This document shows, piece by piece, positions 27,138 through 39,506 of a stretch of DNA of 64,000 nucleotides. Where the stretch lies: positions 15,872,001 through 15,936,000 of the forward strand of contig NC_042998.1 in the NCBI RefSeq assembly GCF_006345805.1, written 5' to 3'. The position numbers and the translations under genes were made by a program. This DNA is from Octopus sinensis. Lineage: Eukaryota. Position 1 is the first letter of the stretch, and every line of letters begins with the position of its first letter. Below the pieces are notes generated by a model. The model saw only the letters and a list, made by a program, of their open reading frames with translations, ran no database searches and was not told the DNA's origin.

Positions 27138-27480
27138 TATTATTATTATTATTGTTATTATTATTATTATTATTTGTTGGTGTTGTTGTTATTATTATTA
27201 TTATTATTATTTGTTGGTATTGTTGTTGTTATTATTGTATTTATTATTATGATGATGATGATAATGATGATGATGATGATGATGATGATGATAATGGTGA
27301 TGATGATGCTGGTGATGATGATGACAATGATGATGATAACGATGATTTTCATCATCATCATCATCATCATAACTACCACTGTTACCACCACCATCATCAC
27401 CACCACCACCAAAAACACCATCACCACCACCATCATCATCATCATGATTGTTGCCGTCATCATTATCATCGATATTGATA
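27090..27480. repeat. Compound trinucleotide microsatellite (TTA)(TTG)(ATG)(CAT)(CAC)
   Basis: Direct reading. Confidence 0.95.
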
Positions 27481-28184
27481 TTGATCTACATTGTCATTTT
27501 CATGAGCTCTGTTTACGGTCGTCAAGTGAAATCTTCTGTACACACTTCAAACTCATATCACTTCTCACCACATTTCCACTATTCACATGCTGCAAACTAT
27601 GTACCTACGTAATGTGAACCAGGATGTTTTGACTCTCTTTGTTCTCAGTCTTTGTTCAAATATATCGGGATTTATAATATAATTCAGAATATCCTCCACA
27701 ATTTTAAATTTCTTCTTCACCAAAAAAATGCCGACTTGAAGTTATTGCGGTGTTAGATACCCGTCGTTTTTTCTTTGATCGCAAATAAATGTATCGATTA
27801 TCCTATAGTAAGCACAGAGAGTAACTCTCCCCGTTAAAGTTTCTTGGCTCTAACCATCAAGTAAGACGACAAACAGATTTCACTTATATTTGATGGACTG
27901 CTTTCTTTCTTTTAAATTTACATATTCTGAACTTCAACTTGAATTCTTTTGTAATTAAAATATACACAATTATGGGAGGTTCGTCCCTGAACTTTGCGAT
28001 TAATAACATCTCCGCCTGAGTGAAGAGTAAAATTCGTTGCTTTGCGGGACTTACACATTTTTAAAAATCGAGATTCTAATTCCCAAAACACACCGTAACA
28101 TATTCAAATCATATATTTATTCGGCAAACAGTCTTTTTTATTATTAGTTCCGTTTCGAAAATTTAATATGCTATGAAATGGTAT

Positions 28185-28410
28185 GAAAAGAATATTCTCA
28201 GACAAATACATAACGAAAACACCAGGACAGACAAGTATATATAACATGCAAAAAATAAAAACACTACTAGGCATCGCATACATCCTACATAAAACATTTT
28301 CCATATATTAAAAATGAGGGCATCACAACAAACCACAGCACATATTCAAGTCACACAAAGCTGCGTTCGGTAGTGCAATGAAAGCGCGCGATAAAAATGA
28401 ATCTACTGAA
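28185..28410 (+). mobile_element. Diverged Dong subfamily A 3' end
   Basis: Aligns to 29535-29747 (GACAAATACATAAC..AAAACACCAGGAC ... CTACTGAA). Confidence 0.8.
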
Positions 28411-28417
28411 TTAATCT

Positions 28418-28658
28418 ACTGCTCATATCCTACGCAAAATACTTTCTATATAATCTCAGTGTTTAAACAAACATCATTTTCGTTTTTTTTTTTTTTTCGT
28501 TTTTTTTTGGACATACACTAGTACAACATCAAAAGAGCCCCCAAATATATGGCACACTAAGCATAACAACAACATGAACTTCCAATCTGTTGTCTCTTGA
28601 GGTCTCTGGGTGAGACTTGGAGCCAACTTGTACAAATATAAAGCAAAAGTCAAACATA

Positions 28659-28660
<2 letters not shown>
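28418..28660 (+). mobile_element. Dong subfamily B 3' end
   Basis: TAHILRKILS and the same 3' UTR as 19497-19842; followed by (TAA)n. Confidence 0.85.
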
Positions 28661-28727
<67 letters not shown>

Positions 28728-28832
28728 TAACAACAACAACAGCAGCAGCAACAACAACAATAATACCACCACCACCACCACCACCACTACTAATACTACT
28801 ACTACTATTACTACTACTATTACTACTGCCAT

Positions 28833-28870
<38 letters not shown>

Positions 28871-28943
28871 ATAATAATAATATAATAATAATAATAATAA
28901 TGATAATAATAATAATAGTAATAATAATAATATTAATAATAAT
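28661..28943. repeat. (TAA)(CAA)(CAG)(CAC)(TAC)(TAA) in-phase compound microsatellite
   Basis: Direct reading. Confidence 0.95.
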
Positions 28944-29747
28944 AAAGAAAAATCCCAGCAACGGTTGAGAAGCTCAGGACTCAAAGCAGAAACAGGGATT
29001 TTTAATTGCAGCACAAGACCAAAGCCTCCCCACCAGAAATTACCAAAAACATGTAATGAAATGAAGTATTACAAGTAACTGCAGAATATGTGGAGATGGA
29101 CAAGAAACAATAAATCATATTATCTCTAGCTGCCCAGTCCTGGCTAAGAAGGAATATATTCACAGACATGACAGAGTTGGAACCTACATATATTGGAAGC
29201 TATGCCAACATTATGGAATAACAACAGAAAAAAGATGGTATAGGCACACACCAGAAAAGGTCACAGAAAAGGAGAAAGCAACCATACTCTGGGATATGCC
29301 GATAGACACAGATAGAGAAATTAAGGTAAACAGACCAGATATAGTTGTCAGAGATCATGAAGAAAAAAATGCTTTCTAATTGATGTATCAATACCGGCAG
29401 ATGACAACGTGTCTCTAAAAGAAATGGAGAAACTCTCAAAATACAAAGACCTGGAAATAGAGGTAACTAGAATGTGGAATCTGAAAACAGAAACAATTCC
29501 TATCATAGTAGGTGCATTAGGCATGATAAAAAAATATTCAGACAAATACATAACAAAAACACCAGGACTTACAAACACATATAACATACAGAAAATTGCA
29601 CTACTAAGCACTGCACACATCCTACGCAAAACACTTTCCATACAATAACCATCAGAGTATCACAACAAATCACGGCACATACCCAAGGCACACAGAGCTG
29701 CGCTCGGTGGTGAAGTGAAAGCACGCTATAAAAATAAAACTACTGAA
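28944..29747 (+). mobile_element. 5'-truncated Dong subfamily A copy (frameshifted)
   Basis: Highly similar to the reverse complement of 20577-21380; small deletions and a stop disrupt the frame; TAA tracts on both sides. Confidence 0.9.
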
Positions 29748-29767
29748 TAATAATAATAATAATAATA

Positions 29768-30038
29768 AAATGGCAAAAATGGCAGAAAATGGCAGAAATT
29801 CAAAAGATAGTGCTCATGGAGACTGCTCATATTCTACGCAAAATACTTTCTATGTAATCTCAGGGTTTAAAACAAACATAATTTTTTTTTTACATACACT
29901 AGTACAACACCAAAAATACCCCACATATATGGCACACTAAGCATAACAACAACATGAACTTCCAATCTGTTGTCTCTTGAGGTCTGTGGGTGAGACTTGG
30001 AGCCAACTTGTACAAATATAAAGCAAAAGTCAAACATA

Positions 30039-30040
<2 letters not shown>
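29768..30040 (+). mobile_element. Dong subfamily B 3' end with a stuttered 5' junction
   Basis: AEIQKIVLMETAHILRKILSM* plus the subfamily B 3' UTR; starts with three AAAATGGCA(G) repeats. Confidence 0.85.
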
Positions 30041-30106
<66 letters not shown>

Positions 30107-30202
30107 GTAATAATAATAATATTAATAATAATAATAATGATAATAATAATAATAATAGTAATAATGATAATATTTATAATGATAATAATAATAATAATGA
30201 TG

Positions 30203-30272
<70 letters not shown>

Positions 30273-30864
30273 GGGCTACAGCAAATATTCTGTAAGGGCT
30301 ACAACAACTATTCTGCTGGGCTACAGCAAATATTCTGCTGGGCTACAGCAAATATTCTGCTGGGCTACAGCAAATATTCTGTAAGGGCTACAGCAAATAT
30401 TCTGTTGGGCTACAGCAAATATTCTGCTCAATACCACAGATTTGCTTGTCAGTTGTTTGACCTTAACCAGTTGAGCATGTCCCTTAGTGGCTGACGATAT
30501 GTGCATCTCTGATCACGAGCAGAAGTAGTGGGGGATCATCATAGCCATGTGTTGAGAGGGATTCTTTGGGGTTTGAATAATTCACCTCTGGAAACATGGG
30601 TGGTTATTTCAACATCCTTAAACAATCCTTATTCAGGGACCTTTTGAGCGGGATGGGCTACTCAACCTGAAGAAAATTCTAACTGGGCCCCACCTGCAAG
30701 GTCATGTGCTGTTTATCTTGATACGAGATCACCATGTCGCGCACATATGGTTGTGATGCATGTGCCTGGTGTACCTTTATCAGACGGGTAGTCATGATGG
30801 GTATATTGGGCTTCGTATATTTTATCCCAGTGTCACTTTGATGGCATGCACTGCTCTCTCACTC
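30273..30864 (+). mobile_element. Non-coding retroposon between (TAA)n tracts, first 22-23 nt repeated 7 times
   Basis: GGGCTACAGCAAATATTCTG(CT/TAA/TT) x7 at 30273-30428, then a body homologous to 18123-18560, ending CTCTCTCACTC(AAT)n. Confidence 0.85.
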
Positions 30865-30931
<67 letters not shown>

Positions 30932-32708
30932 CCTTTCTACTAATAATGAAAAAAACAGAAACAAGAAGCCATTGGTTATGGATGCGGAGTATTGACAGAA
31001 GAAAGAAACAGAAGCACTTATGTGCGCGGCACACCAACTATCACTGAGGACAAACTATATGAAGTGTAAAATTTACAACGCAACTGAGAACGACAACAGA
31101 AGAACGTGAGGTGATCCTGGTTACAATGCTATCCTTGAACCTTTTGATATGCAGGGTAACCAAGTACGCTACAAATGGAATATGTCGCTTCTTTTACATG
31201 CATAGTTGTTGCGATGCATATGATTTATGATTTTATAACGTTATTCCTGTATTTGATCCATGCTTAATGTAACTTAGTTTCTTTTTCATTTCCCCGTAGA
31301 TTATGAGATGTTTAAAGCCGTTCGTGAACAAATATTCTCGAGTAGCAATAAATAAAAATGTATTAACAGAGACTAAGATTTTAATTAGAAATATGCTAGG
31401 TCATACCATCTGCCACTTCCTTTTTGATCACTCTTTTATTTAGCAATTAAGAATGGTTGCAACATGATGTTGATGAATAATGTATTTGCATTTATATGTA
31501 TCTGTTTATGAAGATGATGAATAATGTATATGAAATGTATATATCGGTTTTATGCACTGATATATGTTGTACAGTTACATTAAATATTCCTTTTTTTTGT
31601 TTTGTAATACATTCATTCATTTACTGTCACTACTAAAAGGTAGTTGATGACTTTGTATTAGTGACTGCACAAGGATGAATGAAGAATACCATGTTCCTTT
31701 TTTTTCGTAAACTATTCATGCTCGTTCGTTTAGGCGAGTAGATTTCCCGTAAATAGTGTGGGTATAAATCAGCCGCTCCATTTAGAACCCTTTTGTTAGA
31801 TCTTATATTCATTTGGTAAAAATGTGTATGCTTCAGTTTGCACACTTCACTGTAAGGAGATTAGCATACCAGAAAGGCACACCTACATACCTGTAAATGC
31901 GATTTCATTATATGTTGCGCATGAACACACCAAAATCTCAAATACCTCGACTACATATGATATATATTCCGAAGAAAAATATGGGGTGCACAAGTTACAT
32001 TCATGGAATCTTTGACTATATTCTAACCTTATCACTAATAAATAAATTATATAGTCATCATTTTTTAGTTTTGCTTCTCTATAGCCTGGGTACTTTCTTA
32101 AATTATAGCACCGCGTGAAACTTCGTTTAGTGTCTGTGTATTTAGAAACTAACTTTAATCTTGTTATAGTATTTTCACGCTAGGAACTGGTTTCAATCAT
32201 TTACTTCTCCTCTACTTGGATCACAATATTACATACACAATATGAGCCAAAAGGAAATAACCTGCAAAATAAACGTGTGTGCAGCGAATACCAAATGGAG
32301 CATACTGTAAAAGGATCGACTAAAGAACAGGACATTAGCCATTATCGTTGAAAAAAAAAATCTCGAATCGGATTCAAATAAGTCTCTTTCAAGGCCTCTG
32401 TCAGTAAAACATTACAATTTCTGTAATCCATGCAGGAGCTTTATCAAATCACATCTGGATATCTCTTCACAGTGACAGATTTTCCGACATTTATCAGCAA
32501 CAGCAAATATGCTTGCACATTTAAAATAACCCATATTAGTGTTCTTCATCAAAGTGACAATAACACAGATGCCGTTAATGCAGTCTGTTCGGTCATTGCC
32601 TCTTGTTGATAAGAAACACGTGGCAATCAATAAATACAACTCAGCAAACATACATCAGCCACGCATACATTCACATACACACACACTCACAAACACGGAT
32701 ACACAGGC

Positions 32709-32743
<35 letters not shown>

Positions 32744-33529
32744 GAGTCGCCCGCGCATACACACATGCGCACACAAACATATGCTGTTTTTATAAACGAG
32801 AAGGGCAAATTAAGTGATGCACGAACTGAGAATAAGCATTTATGAAGATGACATAAACGTCTGATACTTAACAGATTTTCTGTTCACTGGCGATTACGTT
32901 GTTTAGGAGAAATTGAAAAAAAAATGTGTGTATTAGCAAAAGATATTTCAAAATATTCATAATATTTTAAGAAATATAGACACATATGTGATTATATACA
33001 GAACGTTCTCTCTATTTATTAGGACTTTAATATTTGCTGGTCGCTATTGCTGTCAGTATTTACTAAGTCGTACAGATCTTTGGAAGAAGTGAGACAACAT
33101 GGATAAATAGCTCAAATCGAATTCACAATTTCTTGTTTAGTTTTTGAAAATTCAAAGTCTGCAATACAATAAATTTATCCTTAGCGAGCTTTGAGTCAAA
33201 AATACCTGTTTATGGTAAATATTTATGCATATTTCATTCAAATCAGATGATAAAACGTCCGATATAGTATACTGTATATTGTTCTCTTTTGACCATTGCA
33301 TGTTAGGTATTGGAGTAGCCACAGAATTATTGCGAAATTAGAAGTGATATAATGTTAGTCTTGTTTCAAAGTGACGCTGCGTTTGTTTCCTATAACCTGC
33401 AAACTTTCTATTTGAAGTAGAAGCAAGTGAAGTTTTCATTCGTATTTTATTAGTCTGTGTTATTATAAGCTTGTATTCAAGGCAATCAATAAGTTGACTT
33501 AATTCCACAAATTAATCCCGCCAATATAT

Positions 33530-33687
33530 TATATTTATATATATATACATGTATGTATGTATGTATGTATGTATGTATGTATGTATGTATGTATGTATGT
33601 ATGTATGCATATATATATATACATATATACACACATTTATATATATATTTATATGAAAAAACTCGTGGTTCCTTTTCATCCTTATAC

Positions 33688-33761
<74 letters not shown>

Positions 33762-33775
33762 TTGTGTATGTACAT
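33530..33775. repeat. (ATGT)n,(TA)n,(TG)n microsatellites
   Basis: Direct reading. Confidence 0.95.
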
Positions 33776-33779
33776 ACTC

Positions 33780-33991
33780 TCTTTAACTCTTTTACTCTTT
33801 TCCTTGTTTCAGTCATTTGACTGCGGCCATGCTGGAGCACCGCCTTTAATCGAGCAAATCGACCCCGGGACTTATTCTTTGTAAGCCCACTTATTCGATC
33901 GGTCTCTTTTGCCGAAACGCTAAGTGACGGGGACGTAAACACACCAGCATCGGTTGCCAAGCAATGCTAGGGGGACAAACACACACAAACG

Positions 33992-33995
<4 letters not shown>
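33780..33995 (-). mobile_element. SINE family B, 3' half only
   Basis: Reverse complement of TTTGTCCCCC..GCATGGCCGCAGTCAAATGACTGAAACAAG..AGAGTAAAAG; its 5' half lies at 38101-38262. Confidence 0.9.
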
Positions 33996-34025
<30 letters not shown>

Positions 34026-34284
34026 AGTTTAACAATTAAGGATAATCTCTTAATAAGGGATCTTAACAAGAAATTATCGGGTAGCTAGCGTGAAAACCTC
34101 ATAAAAGAAAAGAATTCGAAAATAATTTTTTTCTTTTGAACAAATTAATTATATCTATATTGTATAGAGGGCATTATTACACATAAATGCCTCACACTAG
34201 GAGGGACAAAGTCATTACTACAAAATTATACTAATCATACCCAATTGCAGTTTTTCAAAGCAAGACATTTAAAAAAATGAATTT

Positions 34285-34342
34285 AGTTCTGTATCACCGT
34301 GATTTCACATTCAACTTACGTCTAATGATCGTCAGCAGAACT
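34285..34342 (-). ncRNA. Type I hammerhead ribozyme, left-arm copies (also 34766-34823, 35247-35304)
   Basis: Reverse complement of the motif at 35924-35981. Confidence 0.75.
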
Positions 34343-35923
34343 GATTCTGAACATATCATAAATAAACTACCAACCTTACGTAGCGAAGACGAACAGACAA
34401 CTGCTCCCTCCGGCCAAGCACATGGAATGTTTATAAATCATATATCCGGTAAATGGCGGGCTTTTTATGAACTGCATGTCGGGTAATGAAAAGTATTTCG
34501 GAATAAGTTTAACAATTAAGGATAATCTCTTAATAAGGGATCTTAACAAGAAATTATCGGGTAGCTAGCGTAAAAACCTCATAAAAGAAAAGAATTCGAA
34601 AATAATTTTTTTCTTTTGAACAAATTAATTATATCTATATTGTATAGAGGGCATTATTACACATAAATGCCTCACACTAGGAGGGACAAAGTCATTACTA
34701 CCAAAATTATACTAATCATACCCAATTGCAGTTTTTCAAAGCAAGACATTTAAAAAAATGAATTTAGTTCTGTATCACCGTGATTTCACATTCAACTTAC
34801 GTCTAATGATCGTCAGCAGAACTGATTCTGAACATATCATAAATAAACTACCAACCTTACGTAGCGAAGACGAACAGACAACTGCTCCCTCCGGCCAAGC
34901 ACATGGAATGTTTATAAATCATATATCCGGTAAATGGCGGGCTTTTTATGAACTGCATGTCGGGTAATGAAAAGTATTTCGGAACAAGTTTAACAATTAA
35001 GGATAATCTCTTAATAACGGATCTTAACAAGAAATTATCGGGTAGCTAGCGTGAAAACCTCATAAAAGAAAAGAATTCGAAAATAATTTTTTTCTTTTGA
35101 ACAAATTAATTATATCTATATTGTATAGAGGGCATTATTACACATAAATGCCTCACACTAGGAGGGACAAAGTCATTACTACCAAAATTATACTAATCAT
35201 ACCCAATTGCAGTTTTTCAAAGCAAGACATTTAAAAAAATGAATTTAGTTCTGTATCACCGTGATTTCACATTCAACTTACGTCTAATGATCGTCAGCAG
35301 AACTGATTCTGAACATATCATAAATAAACTACCAACCTTACGTAGCGAAGACGAACAGACAACTGCTCTCTCCGCCAAGCACATGGAATTTTTATAAATC
35401 ATATATCCGGTAAATGGCGGGCTTTTTATGAACTGCATGTCGGGTAATGAAAAGTATTTCGGAATAAGTTTAACAATTAAGGATAATCTCTTAATAAGGG
35501 ATCTTAACAAGAAATTATCGGGTAGCTAGCGTGAAAACCTCATAAAAGAAAAGAATTCGAAAATAATTTTTTTGTTTTGAACAAATTAATTATAGGCATT
35601 TATGTGTAATAATGCCCTCTATACAATATAGATATAATTAATTTGTTCAAAAGAAACAAATTATTTTCGCATTCTTTTCTTTTATGAGGTTTTCACGCTA
35701 GCTACCCGATAATTTCTTGTTAAGATCCCTTATTAAGAGATTATCCTTAATTGTTAAACTTATTCCGAAATACTTTTCATTACCCGACATGCAGTTCATA
35801 AAAAGCCCGCCATTTACCGGATATATGATTTATAAACATTCCATGTGCTTGGCCGGAGGGAGCAGTTGTCTGTTCGTCTTCGCTACGTAAGGTTGGTAGT
35901 TTATTTATGATATGTTCAGAATC

Positions 35924-35981
35924 AGTTCTGCTGACGATCATTAGACGTAAGTTGAATGTGAAATCACGGTGATACAGAACT
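35924..35981 (+). ncRNA. Type I hammerhead ribozyme, right-arm copies (also 36402, 36882, 37363, 37844)
   Basis: Helix I AGUUCUG/CAGAACU (7 bp); CUGACGA; helix II UCAUUAGAC-GUAA-GUUGAAUGU (GNRA loop, U.U at its base); GAAA; near-palindromic helix III AUCAC-G-GUGAU; AUA triplet with predicted cleavage at 35974/35975. Confidence 0.75.
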
Positions 35982-38031
35982 AAATTCATTTTTTTAAATG
36001 TCTTGCTTTGAAAAACTGCAATTGGGTATGATTAGTATACTTTTGGTAGTAATGACTTTGTCCCTCCTAGTGTGAGGCATTTATGTGTAATAATGCCCTC
36101 TATACATATAGATATAATTATTTGTTCAAAAGAAACAAATTATTTTCGCATTCTTTTCTTTTATGAGGTTTTCACGCTAGCTACCCGATAATTTCTTGTT
36201 AAGATCCCTTATTAAGAGATTATCCTAATTGTTAAACTTATTCCGAAATACTTTTCATTACCCGACATGCAGTTCATAAAAAGCCCGCCATTTACCGGAT
36301 ATATGATTTATAAACATTCCATGTGCTTGGCCGGAGGGAGCAGTTGTCTGTTCGTCTTCGCTACGTAAGGTTGGTAGTTTATTTATGATATGTTCAGAAT
36401 CAGTTCTGCTGACGATCATTAGACGTAAGTTGAATGTGAAATCACGGTGATACAGAACTAAATTCATTTTTTTAAATGTCTTGCTTTGAAAAACTGCAAT
36501 TGGGTATGATTAGTATACTTTTGGTAGTAATGACTTTGTCCCTCCTAGTGTGAGGCATTTATGTGTAATAATGCCCTCTATACAATATAGATATAATTAT
36601 TTGTTCAAAAGAAAAAAATTATTTTCGAATTCTTTTCTTTTATGAGGTTTTCACGCTAGCTACCCGATAATTTCTTGTTAAGATCCCTTATTAAGAGATT
36701 ATCCTTAATTGTTAAACTTATTCCGAAATACTTTTCATTACCCGACATGCAGTTCATAAAAAGCCCGCCATTTACCGGATATATGATTTATAAACATTCC
36801 ATGTGCTTGGCCGGAGAGAGCAGTTGTCTGTTCGTCTTCGCTACGTAAGGTTGGTAGTTTATTTATGATATGTTCAGAATCAGTTCTGCTGACGATCATT
36901 AGACGTAAGTTGAATGTGAAATCACGGTGATACAGAACTAAATTCATTTTTTTAAATGTCTTGCTTTGAAAAACTGCAATTGGGTATGATTAGTATAATT
37001 TTGGTAGTAATGACTTTGTCCCTCCTAGTGTGAGGCATTTATGTGTAATAATGCCCTCTATACAATATAGATATAATTAATTTGTTCAAAAGAAAAAAAT
37101 TATTTTCGAATTCTTTTCTTTTATGAGGTTTTCACGCTAGCTACCCGATAATTTCTTGTTAAGATCCCTTATTAAGAGATTATCCTTAATTGTTAAACTT
37201 ATTCCGAAATACTTTTCATTACCCGACATGCAGTTCATAAAAAGCCCGCCATTTACCGGATATATGATTTATAAACATTCCATGTGCTTGGCCGGAGGGA
37301 GCAGTTGTCTGTTCGTCTTCGCTACGTAAGGTTGGTAGTTTATTTATGATATGTTCAGAATCAGTTCTGCTGACGATCATTAGACGTAAGTTGAATGTGA
37401 AATCACGGTGATACAGAACTAAATTCATTTTTTTAAATGTCTTGCTTTGAAAAACTGCAATTGGGTATGATTAGTATACTTTTGGTAGTAATGACTTTGT
37501 CCCTCCTAGTGTGAGGCATTTATGTGTAATAATGCCCTCTATACAATATAGATATAATTAATTTGTTCAAAAGAAAAAAATTATTTTCGAATTCTTTTCT
37601 TTTATGAGGTTTTCACGCTAGCTACCCGATAATTTCTTGTTAAGATCCCTTATTAAGAGATTATCCTTAATTGTTAAACTTATTCCGAAATACTTTTCAT
37701 TACCCGACATGCAGTTCATAAAAAGCCCGCCATTTACCGGATATATGATTTATAAACATTCCATGTGCTTGGCCGGAGGGAGCAGTTGTCTGTTCGTCTT
37801 CGCTACGTAAGGTTGGTAGTTTATTTATGATATGTTCAGAATCAGTTCTGCTGACGATCATTAGACGTAAGTTGAATGTGAAATCACGGTGATACAGAAC
37901 TAAATTCATTTTTTTAAATGTCTTGCTTTGAAAAACTGCAATTGGTATGATTAGTATAATTTTGGTAGTAATGACTTTGTCCCTCCTAGTGTGAGGCATT
38001 TATGTGTAATAATGCCCTCTATACAATATAT

Positions 38032-38084
<53 letters not shown>

Positions 38085-38100
38085 TATATATTACATATAT

Positions 38101-38262
38101 ACGACAGGCTTCTTTCAGTTTCCGTCTACCAAATCCACTCACAGGCATTGGTCGGCCTGGGACTATAGCAAAAGATACTTGCCCAAGATGCCACGCAGTG
38201 GGACTGAACCCGGAACCATGTGGCTGGTTAGCAAGCTACTTACAACACAGCCACTCCTGCCC
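38101..38262 (-). mobile_element. SINE family B, 5' half only
   Basis: Reverse complement GGGCAGGAGTGGCTGTGTTGTAAG..GGTTCAGTCCC..GAAACTGAAAGAAGCCTGTCGT, ending where intact copies enter their internal (TA)n. Confidence 0.9.
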
Positions 38263-38329
38263 CTGTATATATATATATATGTTTGTGCGTATGTAAGAAT
38301 ATTTGCGCGAGTACACAAATATTCTTTGT

Positions 38330-39016
38330 ACCGGCATTTGTACCGAAAGCTCCAATACGAACACTTCAGCGAGTTTCGTTGTCAATCTGAAGACAATGTA
38401 ATCGGAGAACATGTATGGAGGATACTAAAAGTGAAATATTCAGTCAATATCATAGTGTTTGGAGTGATCACTAGTGATGACGACGTTATGCCAATAGTCA
38501 TCTTCCCACATGGCCTCACTCACACTCAACATGGAAGCCTACATCGAGTACCTGGAGGAGCTAGTGCAGCCCTGGGTCAAGATCGTGGATGCTGGAAGAC
38601 CCTGTATCTAGCAATAGGACTGTGCACCATGCAACATATGGTGAAGAACCTAGTCGTAGATATCAGACAAATTTTGCGGCCATATAACATTTAACAACTG
38701 GCCACCTAACTCCCCCCCACTGAAACCGTGTTAATTACTTTCTGTGGGTCGCAGTTGAGCGAGAGACCAACAAGCCTTGTAACACCAAAAATGAACTGAA
38801 GGCAAGAATTATGGCAGCATTCACCAACTTATACAAAGCGACAAGTCGTCTGGAGGCCGTGGTTGAAGCGAATGGCGATTTTATTGAAAAAATTTACCCT
38901 TTAGGATTTCAGGATATTTCCCTATAATTTTGGTAAATATATCTGTTAAAATGAGATGTCAGTGTTATTTTTAATTTTGCGTAATTTATGCGACAGTTTA
39001 CTCACCGCACCCTGTA
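38330..39016 (+). mobile_element. Tc1/mariner superfamily (DD37D/maT-like) transposon, 3' part
   Basis: IIVFGVITSDDDVMPIVIFPHG, Q.DCAPC, NWPPNSP..N..NYFLW and RLEAVVEANGDFIEK; ends ACCGCACCCTG-TA (TIR CAGGGTG plus TA). Confidence 0.75.
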
Positions 39017-39024
39017 TATATATA

Positions 39025-39203
39025 TTGGTTTCAAATTTTGGCACAGATCTATAAAGTTTGATACAGGGGTTAAGTAGATTACAACGACCCCGAATGAAAA
39101 TGAAAGTCAGTCATTTCGGAATCGATCTCAGATCGTAAAGATGATTAAGATGCCACTAAGCATTTTACCCGGCGTACTAACGATTGTGACAGCATGTCGC
39201 CTT
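39025..39203 (-). mobile_element. Old SINE family A copy
   Basis: Degenerate match to the reverse complement of 39507-39740 and to 59485-59715. Confidence 0.6.
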
Positions 39204-39506
39204 TGTATGTACATATATTAAAATAAGCATATCGTGATTCGAAGAGTGGTGTAAAAAGAGACTGAACAGGTAGCTTATAATCATGAGTGTTAATATCGGA
39301 AAGCGAATTTTTCCATGTCCAAAGTTTAAATGCTAATTGAAACAGGAAGTTGTATTAGATATTAATACCCACTGAGAAAAAGAAAGAATTATTTCTGGAT
39401 AACAATATACAAACCGCATAATTAAATAAAATATGATTAAACTTAAAACAGTACCACTATCACCGTGTTCTTCAAGTTTCCACCTCATCGGCATGATTTA
39501 CGTAAA

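Larger units (their letters stand above)
34023..38030. repeat. Inverted tandem array of a ~480-bp unit (left arm ~3.3 units 34023-35594, right arm ~5.1 units 35595-38030) inside (TA)n
   Basis: Unit starts at 34023, 34503, 34984 and 35464; orientation flips at 35594/35595; reverse units recur at 478-481-bp spacing; TA tracts on both sides. Confidence 0.97.

Noticed and set aside
30273-30428. 22-23-nt direct repeats as a CRISPR array
   Set aside because: No unique spacers, no cas genes and a eukaryotic context.
30408-30510. HDV-like ribozyme at the 5' end of the TAA-flanked element
   Set aside because: A P1-like GGCUAC/GUGGCU pairing exists, but I could not build P2, P3 and P4 convincingly by eye.
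34160-34205. Hairpin followed by CTAG as a Helitron 3' end explaining the 480-bp array
   Set aside because: Array ends do not map to CTAG, there is no TC 5' end or A/T insertion, and the hammerhead plus inversion geometry fit a retro-mechanism better.
34277-37999. Repeated 69-aa ORF MNLVLYHRDF...
   Set aside because: Antisense to the ribozyme, no known domain, disrupted in one unit; repeated only because the unit is.
38002-38694. 230-aa ORF as a gene
   Set aside because: A chimera of microsatellite, antisense SINE and transposase remnant with frame changes.
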